A DNA stretch of 10,216 bases from an uncultured archaeon. Its GTDB lineage: Archaea; Iainarchaeota; Iainarchaeia; Iainarchaeales; 0-14-0-20-30-16. The notes under the pieces are model-generated. The model saw only the letters and a list, made by a program, of their open reading frames with translations. It did no database searches and was not told the origin of the DNA. Location of the stretch: positions 1 to 10,216 of the forward strand of contig CAZMCX010000023.1 in NCBI GenBank assembly GCA_964565125.1, in the 5' to 3' direction. The stretch's first letter is position 1. The number at the start of each line of letters is the position of its first letter. The position numbers and the translations under genes are program-made. Below, piece after piece: positions 6,047 through 10,216 of the stretch.

Positions 6047-8318
6047 ATTTTTTGTCTATATTTCTAGATCTTATTGCATCCAAAATCAATTTCTTTTCTT
6101 CTAGTTCAACAGTTTCTTTAATTTTATCTATTGCATCTATGTTTACGGATAAACTATCAATGCCAAACTTAATTAGATATTTAACCATTTCTGGGTCACT
6201 TGCAGACTGCCCGCAGACAGAAGTTCTTACCCCTTTTGCTTTACATTTCTTTATTACATATGCGATTAATTTTAAAACAGCAAGATGCTTTTCAGAAAAT
6301 TGAGTTTGAATTCTTTCATTGTTTCTGTCTATTCCCAAAACAAGCTGTGTTAAATCATTTGTTCCAAAACTTATAAAATCTAATTTTTCGTTAATATATT
6401 CATCAATTATTAATGCGGCAGCAGGAGTTTCTATCATCACCCCAAAGAAACAGTGTTTGTGTGGTATTAATCCAACTTCTTTTGCTAACTCTTTTGCTTT
6501 TTTATATTCCCCAACATTTATTGTAAATGGAATCATAACTCCCAAATTGTGAAACCCCTCATCATAAAGCTCTTTTATTGCCTTAAATTGTGCTTTTAGA
6601 ACCTCTGTTTGATCTAGGTCTCTTCTTATTCCATGCCAACCAAGCATTGGGTTGTCTTCTTTTGGCTCTTTGTCTCCACCCTTTAAGTTTATGAATTCGT
6701 CTGTTCTTGCATCGAACGTTCTATAATACACGGGCTTATTTTTAAAGTTCTGTGCAACTTTCTTGATTCCAGTTTTGACTAAATCTTTTAATTTGTCTTG
6801 TTTACCTTGTTTTACCATATGGAATGGGTGTACCCCACTTGTGGTGATCATATGTTCTGCCCTAAGTAATCCAACACCATCAATATCATATTTTGCAGCC
6901 CTTTCTGCGCTTTCAGGAAATGCGACATTAACTTTTACCTTTGTTACAGTTAAGAAATCGCTTCTTTCAACGTGCTTTGTTGTAATCTCTGGGCTTTCTT
7001 TATGTAAAACCTTGCCGGCGTATACATATCCGTGGCTAGCATCAACAGTCACAACTTCTTCATCTTTCAATATTTGTGTTGCCTTTTCAGTACCAACTAC
7101 TGCGGGGATTCCAAGTTCTCTTGAAACTATTGCTGCGTGACAAGTAATTCCACCCTCATCAGTAATTATGCCCGATGCCCTTTTCATTGCTGGAACCATA
7201 TCTGGGGTGGTCATCTTTGTTACCATTATATCCCCCTTATTGATTTTTTGTAATTCCGATAGCCCTTTGATTATCTTTACAGTTCCGTAAGCAAATCCTG
7301 GAGATGCACCTAGCCCTTTTAGGATTATTTCTTTGTTCGTTTCTGTTTCAAAATCTTCTGCTTTTTCAGTTTTTAGGGTAGTTATCGGCCTTGATTGTAC
7401 AATATATAGTGTATCTTTTTCTAAAACCCACTCAATATCTTGGGGTATTTTATAATGGTTTTCAATATCAACACAAATTTTTGATAATTCCAAAATCTTT
7501 GCGTCACTTAATTTCTGTAGTTTCTGATCTTTTAAAGGCACATTTTCCTTTTTATTACCCAAAATGTTTTTTGAGTATTTCCAAGTTTGTGTTGCAATCG
7601 TTTTTTCTAATATTTTTTTTGTTTTTTTGTTATATAAATATGTGTCTGGAGTAACAGAGCCGGAAACTATTGCCTCCCCTAGCCCATATCCGGCCTCAAT
7701 AACCAGTTCATCTAAATTATTAGAAATTGGATTAGCAGTAAATACAATTCCTGAAATTTCTGAATTTGCCATTTTTTGTACAACAACTGCAATCGCAACT
7801 TTTTCTATATTAAATCCTTGCCTTTTTCTATAGTAAATTGCTCTAGAGGTAAACAAGGATGCCCAGCATTTTCTTACATGTTCTAATAAATTTTTGGTTT
7901 CAAAAATATTAAGGAAAGTTTCTTGTTGTCCTGCAAAACTCGCCCCGGGCAAGTCTTCTGCAGTAGCACTGGAACGAACAGCAACATATGTCTTTGCGCC
8001 AATTTTTTCATATGCTTTCGTAATTTCAGTTTTTAACTCAGGGATCATTTCAGTTTTTAAAATTAAATCCCTAATTTCTTTGGAGCTTTTGTTTAGTTCT
8101 TGGCTATCTTCAACGTTTATACTTGATTCCATCTTTTGAATTTTTTCTAAAATGCCTTGTTGCTCACAATTTTTTATGTAAGCATAAGAAGTAACAACAA
8201 ATCCGCCGGGTATTGGAAAGTTTGAGTTTGCCATCTCCCCCAAATTTGCGCCTTTTCCGCCAACAGCGGGTATATCATCTTTATGTATTTCCTTAAACCA
8301 AAGAATATTTTTTGTCAT
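6033..8318 (-). CDS. ppsA: Phosphoenolpyruvate synthase (pyruvate, water dikinase)
   Basis: 761 aa. The N-terminus is VGGKGANLGEM (ATP-grasp), the phosphohistidine swivel motif is GGITCHAAIVSRELGIPAVVG, and the C-terminal PEP-utilising domain has FISFGTNDLTQL and VCGQSASD. Confidence 0.92.
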   Translation of the reverse strand: MTKNILWFKEIHKDDIPAVGGKGANLGEMANSNFPIPGGFVVTSYAYIKNCEQQGILEKIQKMESSINVEDSQELNKSSKEIRDLILKTEMIPELKTEITKAYEKIGAKTYVAVRSSATAEDLPGASFAGQQETFLNIFETKNLLEHVRKCWASLFTSRAIYYRKRQGFNIEKVAIAVVVQKMANSEISGIVFTANPISNNLDELVIEAGYGLGEAIVSGSVTPDTYLYNKKTKKILEKTIATQTWKYSKNILGNKKENVPLKDQKLQKLSDAKILELSKICVDIENHYKIPQDIEWVLEKDTLYIVQSRPITTLKTEKAEDFETETNKEIILKGLGASPGFAYGTVKIIKGLSELQKINKGDIMVTKMTTPDMVPAMKRASGIITDEGGITCHAAIVSRELGIPAVVGTEKATQILKDEEVVTVDASHGYVYAGKVLHKESPEITTKHVERSDFLTVTKVKVNVAFPESAERAAKYDIDGVGLLRAEHMITTSGVHPFHMVKQGKQDKLKDLVKTGIKKVAQNFKNKPVYYRTFDARTDEFINLKGGDKEPKEDNPMLGWHGIRRDLDQTEVLKAQFKAIKELYDEGFHNLGVMIPFTINVGEYKKAKELAKEVGLIPHKHCFFGVMIETPAAALIIDEYINEKLDFISFGTNDLTQLVLGIDRNNERIQTQFSEKHLAVLKLIAYVIKKCKAKGVRTSVCGQSASDPEMVKYLIKFGIDSLSVNIDAIDKIKETVELEEKKLILDAIRSRNIDKKYEID

Positions 8319-8342
8319 ATAAACACCCCTAATAAGAACTTA

Positions 8343-8350
8343 TATATAAA
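8343..8350 (-). promoter_or_regulatory. Candidate TATA box (TTTATATA on the minus strand) for ppsA
   Basis: Centred about 28 nt upstream of the ppsA ATG at 8318. An SD-like AGGGGTG (8324-8330) lies between the box and the ATG, so it is ambiguous whether the mRNA is leaderless or SD-led. Confidence 0.35.
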
Positions 8351-8391
8351 TGTAGAGAATTATATTAAGTTTTTGCTTTTGCAAGTATTAG

Positions 8392-8407
8392 AAAAATAGA
8401 AAAAAAA
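8392..8407 (-). terminator. Oligo-T terminator of rpl10e
   Basis: The minus strand reads TAA-atatactttcc-TTTTTTTT-c-ta-TTTTT. The T8 run (8400-8407) begins 12 nt after the stop at 8419-8421 and the T5 run is at 8392-8396. Confidence 0.45.
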
Positions 8408-8418
8408 GGAAAGTATAT

Positions 8419-9144
8419 TTACCTTTTGTTCTTTCCCTTGCCTTTTGGATCTTCCTTTGTTGGCACTTTGGCTGCATCTTTTCCTGTTGCTGTTTTTGCA
8501 TCCTTGCCTTTTGCTTTAGGATCTGCTTTTGCATCTTTTGCAGGAGTTTCTGTAGTTTCAGTTTCTAGAGCTGCTTTTTTAATCTCTCTAGTCCACTTCT
8601 TTCTTCCAGTTAATTTCTTGTCTTTGTGATCTTCGACTTTTATAACATAGGCAACGTGAATTTTATTTATAATTATTTTTAACGAGCCAATAACTTTGTC
8701 TACAAATTCAGGATTGACTACTATTGAAAGCATATTTTGACCTTTTTTTACTTGTGCGGATCTTCCTACTGGCTTTCCGAAAGCGTGTTTCATACCACTT
8801 GATAAACGGTCAGCCCCAGCGCCACTGGCTAATTTATTTTGTCTTAAAACGTGGTGGGGATAAATTCTTATTTTTGCAAAGAAGTTATCTTTTCCACAAA
8901 TATCATTTAGAACTTTAGCTAATTTTTGCCTGAATGATTCTAAAGCATTATCTCTAATTTGTAAATTTTCATTACTAATTATATGTATTACTTTTTGGAA
9001 ATCCTTTGTCTGGTCTCCAAGTACAAACTGCCTTACCTTTGTTCTAGGTACACCACCTATGAAATCTTTTGCCTGTACTCTATTTGCTACTCTTGTATAA
9101 GATCTTTTAATAGTTCTATAACATTTTGCTGGTCTTAATCCCAT
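8419..9144 (-). CDS. rpl10e: 50S ribosomal protein L10e (uL16) with a Lys-rich low-complexity C-terminal extension
   Basis: The N-terminal MGLRPAKCYRTIKRSYTRVANRVQAKDFIGGVPRTKVRQFVLGD and the following ~170 aa match the uL16/L10e family. GGTG lies 7 nt upstream of the ATG. Residues ~173-241 are a non-family tail. Confidence 0.92.
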   Translation of the reverse strand: MGLRPAKCYRTIKRSYTRVANRVQAKDFIGGVPRTKVRQFVLGDQTKDFQKVIHIISNENLQIRDNALESFRQKLAKVLNDICGKDNFFAKIRIYPHHVLRQNKLASGAGADRLSSGMKHAFGKPVGRSAQVKKGQNMLSIVVNPEFVDKVIGSLKIIINKIHVAYVIKVEDHKDKKLTGRKKWTREIKKAALETETTETPAKDAKADPKAKGKDAKTATGKDAAKVPTKEDPKGKGKNKR

Positions 9145-9155
9145 AAAATCACACC

Positions 9156-9209
9156 TTATATTTTATTGGGCCCGAATCCATTTGTGAAACAAATTGCATT
9201 CTTGCCCAT
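9156..9209 (-). CDS. Candidate 17-codon leader sORF upstream of rpl10e (MGKNAICFTNGFGPNKI)
   Basis: The minus strand reads AAGGTGAT (9215-9222; its AGGTGAT core is 7 nt complementary to the 16S 3' end), then 5 nt, then ATG (9207-9209), 17 sense codons in total, and TAA (9156-8). That stop directly abuts the rpl10e GGTG SD (9152-9155). Supported only by these signals; there is no homology. Confidence 0.25.
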   Translation of the reverse strand: MGKNAICFTNGFGPNKI

Positions 9210-9294
9210 TTTTAATCACCTTAAAATATCATCTTCAAAAAATGAAATTCTACTGAGAAATCCTCTAGTATAAGATAATATAACTTTAGAAAGC

Positions 9295-9308
9295 AAATAA
9301 ATATAAAG
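9295..9308 (+). promoter_or_regulatory. Candidate TATA box (aaataaatataaag) for a leaderless transcript of the 9329 gene
   Basis: Centred about 27 nt upstream of ATG 9329. No SD-like sequence lies between the box and the ATG. Confidence 0.35.
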
Positions 9309-9328
9309 CTATATTTCCTATTTTCTTC

Positions 9329-9832
9329 ATGATTTTTGCGGGTTTTAAAGATAAAGCGTACCTTTCATTTTTCCTTGTTTTAATTGTAATAATAGTCTTA
9401 TTTTCTGTGATTTTGTCCAAGCAATCCACAACTCCCGCAAAATTTAACTGCCAAGATATAGATGTCTATCAGGATAAAAATTACCTCGTACCATATAGCT
9501 TTTTTCTTTTAAAATATATTGGATTTGATTCAAATGCAAGTCAGGAAGTGTTAAAAGCAATTAATTTTGAGATAAATAAAGGCGCTTTATTTGAAGACTC
9601 CAATGCCGCGGGCTTTGATATGGGGGTAGTTAATGCCCTTTACTCTGGGCAAGAAACAAAAAATAATGGCAAATTGTGTGTTTATGATGTTTCTTTGATT
9701 TCAACAAAAGACTTGGATGCCATAAAGCCCATAAAAGCCAATGAAAAACTGATAAATATGTATTGGCTTGTTTCTGTTGATGGAAACACCTCAAAAGTGC
9801 TTAATTCTCTAATTTTAGAATCCTTCGGTTAA
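9329..9832 (+). CDS. Hypothetical protein, N-terminal membrane anchor or signal, probably extracytoplasmic
   Basis: 167-aa ORF. A hydrophobic segment (YLSFFLVLIVIIVLFSVILS) is followed by a polar domain with two Cys. I recognise no family motif. Confidence 0.55.
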   Translation: MIFAGFKDKAYLSFFLVLIVIIVLFSVILSKQSTTPAKFNCQDIDVYQDKNYLVPYSFFLLKYIGFDSNASQEVLKAINFEINKGALFEDSNAAGFDMGVVNALYSGQETKNNGKLCVYDVSLISTKDLDAIKPIKANEKLINMYWLVSVDGNTSKVLNSLILESFG

Positions 9833-9901
9833 TGCCTGGACGCCCGTAGACAAAATCGTAAGTAATAAATATCTTAATAATATATATAAGTAAGGAAAGT
9901 G

Positions 9902-10216
9902 ATGGGTATGCGTAAGCAGGCAGTTTTATCTTTATTATTTGTATTATTTGTTTTTGTAGGCTTTGGATATAGTTTTATTCCTTTCGAAGACTTTTATGAT
10001 CTTATTGGGGATGGAACTATCCAAATAGCAAATTTAGGAGAATATCCACTTTATTTTAAGATAACAAATCCGTCTTTGGGGGGACCTGAAATAACTAATG
10101 CTTGTTTTACTGTTGCGGGGTGTGACAAAAATAATGTTGATATTTTAGTAAACAAAGAAAGTTCTAATTTTGAAATTTTTCCTAATGTTGGTGACAAAAT
10201 AAGTTTAATGAAACCA
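9902..10216 (+). CDS. Hypothetical protein, N-terminal hydrophobic signal/anchor; 3'-truncated by the window end
   Basis: Hand translation gives an open frame from ATG 9902 (or ATG 9908) to the window end: MGMRKQAVLSLLFVLFVFVGFGYSF...FTVAGCDKNNVDILVNKE.... It is absent from the ORF track because there is no stop in the window. A TATA-like aatatatata (9878-9887) lies about 25 nt upstream of ATG 9908. Confidence 0.5.
   Translation, partial: MGMRKQAVLSLLFVLFVFVGFGYSFIPFEDFYDLIGDGTIQIANLGEYPLYFKITNPSLGGPEITNACFTVAGCDKNNVDILVNKESSNFEIFPNVGDKISLMKP

Noticed and set aside
6052-8139. Six plus-strand ORFs (77-125 aa) inside ppsA
   Set aside because: They are antisense to a 761-aa gene with unambiguous PpsA motifs along its whole length. 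They are typical shadow ORFs.
8426-8918. Plus-strand ORFs 8426-8629 and 8724-8918
   Set aside because: They are antisense to rpl10e. The first merely mirrors the repetitive Lys-rich tail, reading as Phe/Ala/Ser-rich.
9168-9180. GGGCCCGAATCC resembling a tRNA T-arm/T-loop (GGTTCGAATCC)
   Set aside because: I found no complementary T-stem 3' half, acceptor stem or anticodon arm on either strand. The segment reads instead as codons of the candidate sORF.
9180-9194. The hairpin ATTTGT-gaa-ACAAAT followed by a T5 run on the plus strand, as a terminator
   Set aside because: No plus-strand gene ends upstream of it. It lies in the rpl10e leader on the opposite strand, so a plus-strand terminator role is unsupported.
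1-10216. CRISPR arrays, tRNA/rRNA genes, long direct or inverted repeats, or a defence-island-like gene cluster
   Set aside because: Reading both strands showed no regularly spaced repeats and no structured-RNA-like GC islands outside the tnpB remnant. Apart from the IS remnant, all large ORFs have housekeeping-type motifs or are small anchored proteins.

Overview
AT-rich, tightly packed archaeal window. The archaeal assignment rests on aRF1, ribosomal protein L10e/uL16 and Dph2, on GGTG-type Shine-Dalgarno sites, and on TATA boxes about 25 nt upstream of apparently leaderless genes. The style suggests a small-genome, uncultivated (DPANN-like) lineage, but this is an inference. From left to right: (i) a 5'-truncated, more GC-rich IS200/IS605-family tnpB (RNA-guided RuvC nuclease) inactivated by only two lesions, ending 4 nt from the stop of a convergent HAD phosphatase; (ii) HAD hydrolase and aRF1 on the minus strand, overlapping; (iii) a plus-strand tspO / archaeal UMP kinase / orphan fold-type-II PLP enzyme cluster joined by stop-codon/SD overlaps (TAGGTGT); (iv) minus-strand ppsA-dph2 with a 14-nt overlap; (v) rpl10e with an unusual ~69-aa Lys/Ala/Asp/Thr/Pro-rich repetitive C-terminal tail, preceded by a 17-codon sORF carrying the strongest SD in the window; (vi) two small N-terminally anchored proteins of unknown function, the second running off the window. 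I see no CRISPR array, tRNA or rRNA, and no convincing multi-gene defence or novel system. Most of the window is housekeeping. The items worth a second look are the tnpB remnant and its possible omega-RNA, the L10e tail, the rpl10e leader sORF and the orphan PLP enzyme. All homology calls come from motif recognition by eye, with no database search.
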